Of a stretch of DNA of 64,000 bases, positions 40,930-52,900 are shown piece by piece. The notes beneath the pieces were generated by a model. The model had not been told where the DNA came from. It saw nothing but the letters and a program-made list of their open reading frames with translations, and made no database searches. The position numbers and the translations under genes are program-made. The stretch comes from Phoronis australis (lineage: Eukaryota > Animalia > Phoronida): assembly GCA_002633005.1 (NCBI GenBank), contig NMRA01000419.1:280770-344769 (forward strand). Reading direction: 5' to 3'. Within the stretch, counting starts at the first letter, position 1. The number at the start of each line of letters is the position of its first letter.

Positions 40930-41260
40930 ATATCAGGTGACTGTGGATCTATAAAACACCAGAACATGAGGAATCTTTCCACATCATAACCAGTTCATTT
41001 AAGAACAATGTAAACAGAACGGGACTAAGGATGCACCCCTGTCTAACGCCTGTATCACAACTTAAACTATCTGTATGTAGACCATGAATTCTTACACGTG
41101 ATTTCAAGGTCTTGTACAGCGATTTCGCCACCTTCAGAACATTTACTTGTTTTCCATTTGATATCAGGATATTAAACAGAATCATATGTTATGATTCAAA
41201 GCCGGCTTTGGCAAAGTCAATAAATACAAGTTAACACCTCCTTTTTTCATAAATGTTTTT
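40930..41260 (-). mobile_element. Non-LTR retrotransposon RT remnant, 5' part (domains 3-4)
   Basis: FIDFAKA ... KSLYKTLKSRVRIHG...TGVRQGCILSPVLFTLFLNELV. Confidence 0.88.
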
Positions 41261-42519
41261 GTACCGGGTCAATTAAAGGGAAAGGCAACCTGTTTCCATG
41301 TCATTTTTAACAAAAATAAGGTTCTTTGATTTACCCAGATATATTTTTTACTTAATCACAGCTTTTCGTAATTTAATTAATTATTCGTCCTTTACTCCCT
41401 AAGTGACGTTTGGGAAGCAAGAATTTCGCGCCAATTTCTTTTCATACATTATGACTGTGAGAGCTGAGAGTCAGTCATTGTTATACCTAGGCTGTGACAA
41501 GTTCGACTGTCGTTTTCTTTTTTACGAGTCAGTCGAAGGCAGCGCAGGCACGGCACGACGTAGCACTGTCTTAGGCGGACCCCATTATGAGCCAAGCTGC
41601 CTTCGGCAGCGCAGTCAGGCTCCGACGTTTTTTGCTTGCGATCTACTAATGCGTGATTTTAAACTGTCGTGATAAAATAAAATACAATATCACAAATGGA
41701 ACTGTAAACACACAAGTGTAGGCTACACACCTGTTGCCAGGTGCCGCAACTGCAGTGCTTGAAACCGACGGCCGGAGCCGGAGGCACTGGTGGGTCTCGC
41801 ATCAGTTGACGTTAAGTTTGCCGTCGTAGAGTCCCTCAGTACAAATCCGCTGGGTCGTGGATTGTGTATTAGGCTGGTTATTCATATTTTGCAGCTGGTC
41901 AACTGCATCGGTCAAAAGACCAATGATATTTGACAGCACGGTTCTCTCTGTGACATTGTCTGAAATAATTCTTGCTTCGCCTTTGACAGCAGAATTTACG
42001 CAAAGACAAAGGCGGGAGCTCAAACGCATGCGCACATGCGACACATTGGTTTCGTCCATATGCTAACCGTTAGAATTGAATTCAAGACGGGCGGGATAGA
42101 ATTCACGAGGTTATTAGTTTCACCCATAGACCGCAAGGTTAGACGAAACAGAATCAACTAAACAGCATTGAAGCCAGTAAACAGGATAGAGTATACAAAA
42201 CACCATTCGGAGTTCACGATAATGGAATCGACGAATGTAGATTGAATTGATGTACTAGCATTGAATACACAAGATAGGATTGAGTTGTCATTCCGTTCGG
42301 CATTGAGTTCATTAAATAGAATTGAATACACATTTTGATGTTTTTGCTTAAACGGCCGCCCACTCATACCCGCCCAGGTTCGCTCAGATGACACACAGTT
42401 GCCACTTCTATTTTTGTAACTAACTTTTGTCTAACTTTGCCAGGCCTTGAAGAATTGCCTCTGTAGCCCTTTAGGTGCCATTTTTCTTGTTTATTCCTAA
42501 TGGGAGAATCAAATCGACA

Positions 42520-43110
42520 AAATAACACTCTTGTAGTCTACGAGTGAGTCGTTGGGAGACGAACTGTGTGTCCTAAAAACCGCTGTGCGTTATTTTCTTC
42601 TTAATTTGCTTAATTTCAGTGTGGACATTCTCTACACTGATATCGTGTGTTCAAAAGATTGCAAGGACATGGGATTGTTGATGGTACGGGATAGGTATAG
42701 CTCCACCTGTAGGAGCGTGTGCTCATGAAAGGTGATTTTTGAAACATGACGGCGCAGTTGGACATCCCGTTGCTCCCAACTTGTTCGATTCATAGCCCCA
42801 CCAACAACAAGTTGGGAAGTTTACACCCCCGGCGGAGAACCAAAGGGACATAATAACACTCTTGTAGTCTACGAGTGAGTCGTTGGGACTCGGAGACGAA
42901 TTGTGTGTCCCCAAGAACCACTTTGCGTTACTTTCTTCTTCTTTCCCTTCAGTCTGCCGTATTCACATTCTAAAATTGTGGACTCCCTCAGGACTTTGCA
43001 AAGAAATGGGCACGTTGACTGTAAGCTAGGTATAGTCCTATCATTAAATAGGAGCAGGTGGATGTTTTGAAAAAACACTCGGCTCCCGCAAATGCATCGA
43101 TGTGCCCGTA
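42520..43110. repeat. ~330-bp diverged direct duplication
   Basis: AATAACACTCTTGTAGTCTACGAGTGAGTCGTTGGGA at ~42521 and ~42853, with downstream similarity. Confidence 0.65.
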
Positions 43111-43988
43111 CACTTCTTTATAATTCAGTGACTGTATGGATTGATTATGCTTTGCCTCTATGCTCACGGAATGGGTGTTATCTTTTCCCACACGTAAGGA
43201 ACCTCATTTGGCATTTCCATTTTTTGAATTTCCCAGCCGTTGACTGTAGGCTGCGTAGATGTAAGAGCCCTACCATATTACCGACGAGTGTGTGCTCATA
43301 TAGGCCTCAGTACTAAGCCCGACTTTGGCGAAAAAATGAACTCTGTTCCGATAATTAATGTCTCCAATTCATGCAAAGGGTACCAGTTATAGGCCTAACT
43401 CCTTGGTGTTTATACATTTTTGGCCAAGTCAACTGAATTAAAATTCAAATGAAGACTTTTCTGAGCCTGGACCGCTATATGTTGCGACAGATAACTCAAA
43501 ACACCCCCGGCACGGCGCTCCTCTCATCAGCAGCAGCCACCACCTCCAAAAGCCACTTCCGTTGCAAATTCCGACATGTACTGCCTCTAAAGCCACCGAC
43601 CCCCCCGCCCCCCCGGCACGCGCTGCCCCGAACACTGAGCTAGCCTTTAGTACCGATAATGTATGGGTTCCTTAGGAGGAGGGTTTTTGTGTCGGAACAT
43701 TTCACGCACAGCCCAAAGTGGCTGAACCGATCAGCGCTATCTTGAGGCTCGGGGACGAGGCTGGATAATCCCAACGGATAGATACCGTTTGGTGAAGATT
43801 CTTTTAATCTATCCATCATAACACAATTAAAAGATACATCGTGACATGGAATTCTTATTTAAGTCACACGATGCTTTTATATCAGTTCCGATTCATATTC
43901 GAAAGTGTTATATTTAGAAGGAAATGAATTTCCGGTTAAAAAGGAAGGAGAGCATTGTTATCGTAAAACGTTTTTTGAAGAGCAAGTT

Positions 43989-46900
43989 ATGAACTCTGAA
44001 GATACGTATGAAGGTAAATCTTAGTTCGAAATCGAAATAAAATATAACCTGTGCTTGTGTCTTTATTTTGGTCTTTTAGCCGTGCCTCTTAATTTATGAC
44101 AATAGCCATTTTCAATCGATTACAATCGACGTGAATTCTGAAAGTGAACAGGTGAAACAAATCCTAGCCACCAAGCTACTGCAGTGCAGGCTAGTAGTTG
44201 CCAAAGTTTTTATACTTGGGTTATGGTTGGAGACCCTCCTGTGTTCTTTGCCAACCGGTATTTATCACCGTAACTGGTAATAACGTTTGAGTTAAAATGT
44301 ACTGGCAGCCAGAAAGTCGAACAAGCTCAGACTTTTTTGTCAATAAAGTAAATGTCTTTGCGGTATCGTCCGGTTACCTATTTTCGTCGGGCTCCAAAGT
44401 TCGTCCGCCATCTTGTTTCGCGTGCAGCGCAACCACGCGGGACTTAGCGTTCCAATTTGGAGTGCTCGTCTTCACGTTAGGTACTAACCTCTCGGGAGAA
44501 ACACGTATCAAAGTAATGAGACAAAAATCGGTGAGTTTACCGATTGTTTTTTAAAACCACTTAAAAATCAGTAGATTTTACTAATACACTTTTTTGTGCG
44601 TTTTCAGAAGATGTTTTCGAATTTAAATTTTCTTCCGACGGGACACAAAACATGATCCAGGGTTTGTTTATGCAATGTATCTGTTTGTCCCAGGCACTAG
44701 TAGGATCTAGAAGGCCAAAGGAAAAATCCGCAGACAAATGCGATACGCTGGGTTCTTAACATTTTTGCCTCACGTTCACCATTAAACTGCATTGAAATGT
44801 TGTCCAATTGGCTTTTATTGGAAACCACAGTGCAGAGCTCAACATCAAAGCTTCAAATCGAGTTTATGTCAATAAAAACAGGCTGTTGCAATTTTCATTA
44901 CTTCGTTGGCCTTTTTCTGCATGTTTCTCAGTTTTTACAAAAGGGGGCAGCATATGACGAACTTAGGTGTCACAATAAAATGGCTGCCGAAGGCAGTGCA
45001 CATTTGAAATAACTCGGCACAAATTAAAGAAAACTTCCGAATCGATGAATGCGGTATATCTGTGAGAGTTAAATCGAATCCTATTCAGATCATAACTTTG
45101 AAGTGGAATAATTCGGTGAGTACAACAGCAAGTCGGTTTTATGCTTAGGCGGACGAACATTGGGTTCCCCAGTATATATCAATGCGTGTTGCGACCGATA
45201 GATGGCGCGCACGTGGTAATAAATAAAACAACACAGGAATACTTTAACAATAGAATACGTCTATTAATTTGCAGCGTTGTGATTTACAAACAATAGATTA
45301 CAATAAGTTGTGAGAATGACGACTAACTGATTGAGACAAGATATCCCTACTGGAGAAACTACTAGTCAACAATGCCACTAGTTCCCCGTAGCTACCGCAC
45401 TCATTAACACAAAACAAGTCACAACAGAACTAACCCTCCAGAACAATCACTAGCCGGTTCAAATTGACTAACAGGCTGAGACCAACGCCAGTGATAAGTG
45501 TCTGTACCTCAGTTGTCCTTTCTCCTTGACTTTTTGGTCACACGAAGTTGCTCGTCTGGCCCCGGCTTTGTCTCTGTAGTCTGAAGTTATCTTCCAGCTC
45601 TGGAGTCGTGCCCCGTAGTCTGAAGTTGTGATCTATGGTGGATCCAGTCTGCCCTGGTCTCGAGAGCCAGTGCTTTAAATACTAAACTAAGTGGCATCAC
45701 GCGATGGACCCACTCTGTATGTACATATATGTACATCTCCCTATAACGAGCTAAAAAGAACTAGCTAACTGACCATCCCCCTAGAAAATTCTTGCATAAC
45801 TGCCACTATTCCTGGGTTTTCATTATCAGAGCACTATTCCTGGATTTAACTACCACAGAGGTACAGCATATCTCCTGAAATTTCTTGCATGCACATGGAG
45901 GGCATAGCCTCATTATATTACTTCTTTTCATGTTCTTTGAATGCCTTTGATGGGCTCCTTTACTGTTGCAATTGAGTATTATTCAATCTTAGTACTAGTG
46001 TGCTTTACTTGGCCACTGTTGTAAATTGTGGCTACTTAGGTTCTACGGTGCTACTCACCCTCGTTCATTTCTTGACTTTAAACGCCCTGTGAAACACACG
46101 TCCTCTTCTGATGGAGGACGACAAACGAGAGAGCAGGTCCAGCAGGTCCCCAGTCATGTGGCATGTACTATACGACCAAAGACGGACAACATTGAAACTG
46201 GACAACAAATACCTATCTAGGTTCACGACATTCATCCCCTCCCTTAAAAATTACTAAATAAACTAATTGGAAAAAAAACTAATGAGGAGTGAATGTGAAC
46301 AGGAACTAAAAAAACTATAACTATTTCCCCCCTACCTAATAGTTAGTGGACAAACAGCCTCAATAATGAGACATGTTAGTACAAACTATGGCGTCCGGTA
46401 ACTATATCATAAAAAAGTGACTGGGGGCCCTAAACTAAGATTGAAAAATCTGAGGAAAAATGAGCCAATTCTTGGCAAAATGTCAAAACAACAAAAAAAA
46501 CCGAACAAAATGAGCTAATAATAAAAAAAACTGAACATCGAGTACCCTAATTGTCAACTAAACTAATAAAGAAATAGATTATCAACTTAACACAACAAAT
46601 AACAATAAGGTAGCATAGCTTGGTGAAACTGAGCAGACCTACCCGCGAATGAGTATCCCTGGATCCCTGATGTGACTGAAAAAAAACAAGAAATTTTTAG
46701 AGGAATGTCAAAGGTAGTAACTGGTAGCTTTTTGCTATTTCACGTGAACTATTAAACATTAACTACAAAGCTATGCTACTAAACAAAACAAAGCAACGCT
46801 GGATTCACTGTCGACGAGCCTACAGCTTATACAATCGGCCGGCATTCCTAGCGGTCTGACGAAGGACTTGTCAAACAGTCATGCCGCGTTGATTGGCCAC

Positions 46901-49900
46901 CACCTCAGCCACCTCTCCTACGAACTGAGGATAATTTGGACGTTCCTTCAACGACAAATGTGGCGCGTCGGTATCCAAAAGGAGACGGTCTTCAGGTACC
47001 TTTCGCAAGGCATCAACTTGTCATCTTGTGAAGGTGTTACAGTTGCCGGAGAACCCGAAATAGCAGTTCGGAAACTGTTGGCAAAAATTCACTACACTAG
47101 CGTTGGTATCCCTGGTAAAAGTGTGTAGGTGTATCCTTTGGGTTGACGGAAGAAGATCCACAACGATGTTAAACACGGTTCAGAAGCCCCAGTCGTAGTG
47201 GGAACCAGGGGAGGCCGAACGGACATGGAACACCAGAGTCTTGTCCTTCACACTTCCATTGCGACGAGTAAGGTTTGCAAAGTACGGGAGTAGATTTTCA
47301 ATGAAACAAGCCTGTTCACGTTCGTTACCCAAGGACTGTTCAAACCCTATTTCGCCAAGACCAACGACGGAAGTTTCCCTGAGAAGCTGAAAGAGTATTG
47401 TTTTGGCTGCCTCCGAGAAGTTATTGACTTGTTTTGGGTGCACGCCTACCACCGCTTTGAACCCTAGAGGAAGGGCCCTCACGTAATCCTTGATAGGACG
47501 ACGATGGTATTCTGCTGGATCACAAAAAACAATGATGCCACCCACCAGTTTCATAGGATGCGACAAAGCGGTGAGGAGTCGCATCAAGAAGGTCCGGTAT
47601 GGACAGAAAACGGCTGTTACAAATATTGCATTTTGAGCTGTAAGCTGCCGTCAAACGGTCAATATGGAAATGGGAGTCTATAGCAGACTCTAATGCTTGA
47701 GATGATGTAGCTGGCGGAAGTACAGGAGCCTTGAATGGTGCTCGAGCAGCACTTGCATAGGTCTTCACGGTAGAAGACGTGGTCAATTGACTCACAAATG
47801 GCAGAGCTAAGGACTGTACATCTTTTGAACCACAGTTGAATGACAGGACCCACACTGAATGGTTAGGTTCTGGTTTGTGCGCCATCAGATGCAGCATCAC
47901 AAACCAGTGCATGCACAGGCCAGGGTTAAGTAATCTTCCAGAAATCGACAAAGGGGTTACTGGCGTCAGCCACCCCAGTACCCAGCACGAGATCATTAAG
48001 TGTAACTTGTCTTCTATAGTTACACGGGGCAGCTTGGCAACGCTTCGGAGGGCCAGTCTCGCGAGGTCGAGATCTTCATAGTTGCTCATTACTCGTCCTT
48101 CAATCTGCCACAACAGAGACTTAAATGCTTCAAAACGGGCATGTTGCACCTCATTGGATGAAAGGCGACACACTGAGTCAACATCAAAAACTGCCGGCAG
48201 ATGATTTGTCAAGGCGTGTGACCGTAAGTGGCCCTCTCCAGCTGAAAAGCTACTGAGGGGACAAATCAGATCTCCCGGCTTTGGTTTACGATTGGAAGGT
48301 GAAGATGAAGGTGAGGATGCAGATGCCTCACTGGGACGATTAGATACAGGTGGCGAGTCTCGATCACCAGTAGAAAGAGCTACAGACTGGTCAACTGGTG
48401 ACTTAGCAGAGTCAGTAGATTCTATAGTTTCCATAGGTTCAGGAACATCTTCCTGAATTAAATCTGGATTACGTACAACAGTTATCTTTGGTAGGTCTGG
48501 ATTATTCTTCAGATGGACATCCACACATGAAAAAGAGGTTCTGGAACAAGAACAAAGATGTAATTAAGTCTTGCACCGCGGACACAAATAAACATCCATA
48601 TCATGAGCATCATCAGCTGTAATGTTGACACACTCACCGTGTACCCAATCATCACGAGTCACACTGAATCATAAGGCCACCATGTTCAGGCTGACGACAC
48701 ACGCAATATAACTGATCATTTGCGCTAGTGTCAAGGTTAACAATGTTAACTATTCTTTGAAGCCAAGCAGGTAAATCCGTATAACTAGTCTTACATAATT
48801 TCATGCGATCATGATGAATCACTGACACAGAATTCTTAACACGAATTCTATATAGAGCTGGTGAGATGACTTCAGTGATAATACCAGGTCCCCTCCAAGG
48901 AGATGATAACTTCTTACAATTACGCTTTGAAGAAGCTGAGTCAAAGATAAACACCAGATCGCCTGTTCGGAAAACACGTTTAAATATAGTAAGGTCATAA
49001 TCTTTCTTCATAGAAGATTGACTAGTTTGCAGTACACCACGTGCAGTTTCGTGCTCTTTCAAAATCTGGAAATGATAACCAAAATGCGCGAAAAATTCAT
49101 TTACTGCTGCCACAGCAGTAAATGAATTTTTCATGCGTAATGCTGCGGTAGCTGTAACTTCGGCAGTCTGGGAAGGAAGGGGAATACATTCCACCCACAA
49201 CACCACGTTTTAAAAATCTACTGCTCACAGCTATGTTTTTCTGCGAATTTCTGCGGCCTAGGTCTCCATTTATTTTTGGTCAGTTGACTTACTAGTAGTT
49301 AGTTTGCATATAGGACAAATCACTGCCGTAAGGGAGATATTTGCAGTTTTTCAGTGTATTTATATCCAATCTATTATTCATAGGTACCTGTTTCCATACA
49401 CATTGTTTTAGTATTTGTCTATTTTATCAGTGGGATAATAAATTGGTTGAACATTCCCATTACACTTCAGGGACATGCGCTGTTTGCCTTGCTTTCCACA
49501 AGCATTGTATTGCCTAGCCAGCTAGCTGTGTATCACTCAACGCCTAACAGATTGGAATTGATGAATAAAAAGTTGAAAATTTAGGGCAAATTCGCTTTTT
49601 AGTTCACTCAAACTCTCATAAGTAGTTTACAAGAAAATGTGGTATCCCATCCGCTTTTGTATGTCATTTTCAAAACAATATGCTCAAATTTTTGGTTTGT
49701 TAAAAAGACGTATGTGAAACAAAATTTGCTTCCAATATGAGTTCCCTGATAATTAAATACTACAAAAGTACTAATGAACTTCAACCATATCTAGTATGGT
49801 TGTGAGTTGTGCACAAACTTGTGAAAAAGATCAGTGAATGGAAGATAAAATCATGAAAGTTTTGAAACATCTAGTTGAGGTAACAAAATACAGAAAAAAA

Positions 49901-52900
49901 AATGAATTAAATACTCAAGTAAGCAAATTGCTGTATTTGATTCAATTTTTCTGTATTTAGTGAATGGAAGAATCGATGAAAAACAATTGGCGAATAGACG
50001 GTGCTCTATTTGATGGGGCTCAAAGTACAGCCATTTTGACATTGCTAGGTTGTGCTAGTAAGGTCAATAGTATATTCGCAAAACACTGTCCTTCATGTGG
50101 CAGGATATTGAGAGGTCTTGTGTCATCTCAGTTATATTTACATGAAACTTGCTCTACGATGCACTACCTGGGCTCAGTTCAGAATCTCAAAATGTGTTCT
50201 TCAGTTAACCAAAATTAAGAAGGTCAAGATTATAAATCTTTGAGAAAATGAGACACTCTGCCTTCGAGAGGCCATTGTTGAATGCTTGATGAAAGGCTCA
50301 TCTTCATGTTTTTGTGCGACTTCCGGTTGTGTCTATTAAAGTTGCATAATTGCCTCTTTGAACTGCTCGTCAGCAGGCAATTGCTCTATGGCTAACTGGA
50401 TCAGGCACAAAATGACCATGCTGGAGGCCTGCGTTCTTCTACAGCTTAAACCAGGCTTGTTATAGCATTCAGGACTTTGTAGCTTTGAGCCCGAGAATGT
50501 CAAACTGCATAAGTATCGTTGGTCATCTCTGTCTTTGTTTGACAACAGTATCCCTATTAATAATAAATAAAGGCCAACAACTAGTAAAAATGTTGTTGTT
50601 GAGCTTTCCAGGATATTCATATTAATACTTGAAGATGATCTGCTGGACAACATCTACCTTGGTCATGTGGAACACTAGAAGTTGTAGTGGGACCTATGGT
50701 CACATGGTCACATGGGATCTTGTTTGTCTGGTGACATTGTCAACACTCTTTCCATGCAAATGAAAATTTAAATCTTGCGCCACCTAGCATGTTGAGAGGT
50801 TTGTTTTAGGGCTTAGGTGTAGAAAAAATCCTGTACCCCCTTGTTGTACGAGATCAGAACTACTTTTTAGTCACAGTGTGGTAAGAGTGAGTGACTTAGT
50901 GAGTCGCTTAAAAATGATCATCAAAATAGGGCAAGACTTCCTGTGATCACACTAACTGGATTTGTTGCACAGAACAATGTTCACCTAATCAGTGTATGAC
51001 TATGTTTTAGATGATGGTGGGTCTACACCTGTCCAAGATGAACGCGAATATCCAGACTTCACTCAAGCCTACAGTCAGCATGACCAAGGAGAAGAAAATC
51101 CTCCAGATTTCACTCAAGCATACAGTCAGCGTGACATAGGAGAAGAAGATGAACGTCCAGACTTCACTCAAGCGTACAGTCAGCAGCCTGAGCGTGATGA
51201 AGAAAGTCGGGAAAACTTTACTCAAGCTTACAGTCAACAGGTAATGGGTTTGCTAAGAACCACTAAAAATGTGTTCCTGGAAATCCCTTGCTTAAGTAAG
51301 CCAAGTACTTTGTGATCAGGGCACGTGATGTTTTATTTTTGAGACTTAAGGTCTACCTCATTGACCCACGAGGCCAGAAAATTCTCCAGTGATAAAAAAT
51401 ATTTCTCCTGTGTTTTGACTCAGGCAGGTACTCAAGGCTTAGAAAGTGTGTTTTGCAAAAATTCACTACAATATGGATTGTAACCTTGTTGCGTATTGTT
51501 GAGCTGGCCCAGGAGTTCACTCTGGTGTCCAAAATGCTTTTCCCAATTTCCCAGGGTGTCCATACCCTAGGCCTGAAAAGCCCAGTTGTTTCCTGGGCAA
51601 CTGACCCTGAAAATCAAGTCACCCTCCTGGAGCTAAGTTAGATTGTCCTGTTTTTTAAATAGCCTCTTTTTCAAGGCTGAAAATTCTCATTTTGCATTGG
51701 CACAGCTGACAAACTTGCTGCCAAACATTGATCAAAATCTCAATTTTATTCAGTTGATAGATGTCGGCAGCTATTCCACCTACTCTTTCGCGAGTGACTA
51801 GTCCTATCATACCAAGAAAATGTGCTTTGTAGATTCCTTGCAATGTTCACGATACACAAATTGTCACCTGTGGATCACGAACTTACCTAAAGTTTAATTG
51901 TGTTGTTTTAAATAATATCAGCACAATTATAGTTGTTGTTTTGTGTGAGATTTGCTTACGCATTAATGTTGTGTGTTAGATAAACTGCAGGCTATGATAA
52001 AAATTCATGTATTCAAATGCAATGATTTTTGTATGATTTTTCGTGGTTGGTTTCAGTCTCAAGAAAATGACGAGGAAGAAGGATTAATTGAGAGTGATAG
52101 CGAAGGTGAAGATGCGGCTGACACTGAAGACAGGGAAGAAGAGGTCACTGTTGAAGACAAAGATAAGGAAGAGGAATCTGATGATGGGGAGATAGTGTCA
52201 GAGGATGACGAGAGTGATAATGAATCGGACAAAGAGGATGAACAACACTCAGGAGAAGGTGAAATGGATTTATCTGACAATGACAGTGTGAATGATTCTG
52301 GTGGAGGCCGACAATCACCTGATGGACCTGCTAGTCCTGAGATGGACGAAGGGCCAGCCAGTCCTCAATCAGATACTGAGCCAGCATCGCCTGATGATGA
52401 CATAGGGCAATCTGGTCCTGCCTCTCCCAGTCCTGATTCCGACCAAGGCCCAGCATCACCTGATGGATCAGAATCAGGCAATCTGCACTTGACAGCTCCT
52501 GATGCACCAGACTCACCAGCCAGTAATCCTGCATCTCCAGTCAATGAGGACGATTCCAATGCTCGTGCATATTCCAGCGAAGACAACGGTCCCCAATCAC
52601 CTGACACACCCAGTCATGACACACCTGATTCACCTGTACAAGGTCAGGAAGAGCCCATTGCACCAGAAGAACCAGCTTCACCAGATGCTGAACTGGAAAA
52701 CCCACATTCCCCTGAGGAGGAACATGAAGGACCAAAGTCTCCAAACGTGAATCTTGAACAACCGGCTTCTCCTATTTCAGAGCAGGTTAAGCCAGAGTCG
52801 CCAGGCCAGGAGGCAGAAGAGCCTATGTCGCCAGGCTCTCCACTGGGTCCCGAGTCGCCTAAGTCTCCAGGCGAAGAAGGACCTGCCTCCCCAGTGTCAC

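Larger units (their letters stand above)
45187..49207 (-). mobile_element. 5'-truncated Ty3/Gypsy LTR retrotransposon (integrase-PHD, ZnF-TatD ORF, PPT, 3' LTR) in IWS1 intron 1
   Basis: Minus-strand order: integrase fragment, PHD finger, long third ORF, AT-rich 3' UTR, polypurine tract, TG...CA LTR. Confidence 0.88.

Noticed and set aside
41802-42394. Short minus-strand ORFs as exons of a gene divergent from IWS1
   Set aside because: No recognisable domain or consistent splice chain; possibly decayed transposon sequence.
44517-44531. ATGAGACAAAAATCG|GTGAGT as IWS1 first coding exon
   Set aside because: A phase-0 donor does not fit the phase-1 acceptor at 51011; 43989-44013 fits both phase and sequence. 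It could still be a non-coding alternative exon.
46820-47182. In-frame TGAs in TatD as selenocysteine or programmed readthrough
   Set aside because: They are not at catalytic positions, and the element also has frameshifts and deletions; ordinary decay explains them.
46820-48540. TatD as bacterial contamination or an independent host gene
   Set aside because: It is intronless, lies between integrase and PPT/LTR, and sits inside a host intron with no gap; it is part of the retroelement.
50220-50680. Coding-like minus-strand segment as the missing 5' part of the Gypsy element
   Set aside because: No RT, RNase H or gag motif was recognisable, and no second LTR copy was found.
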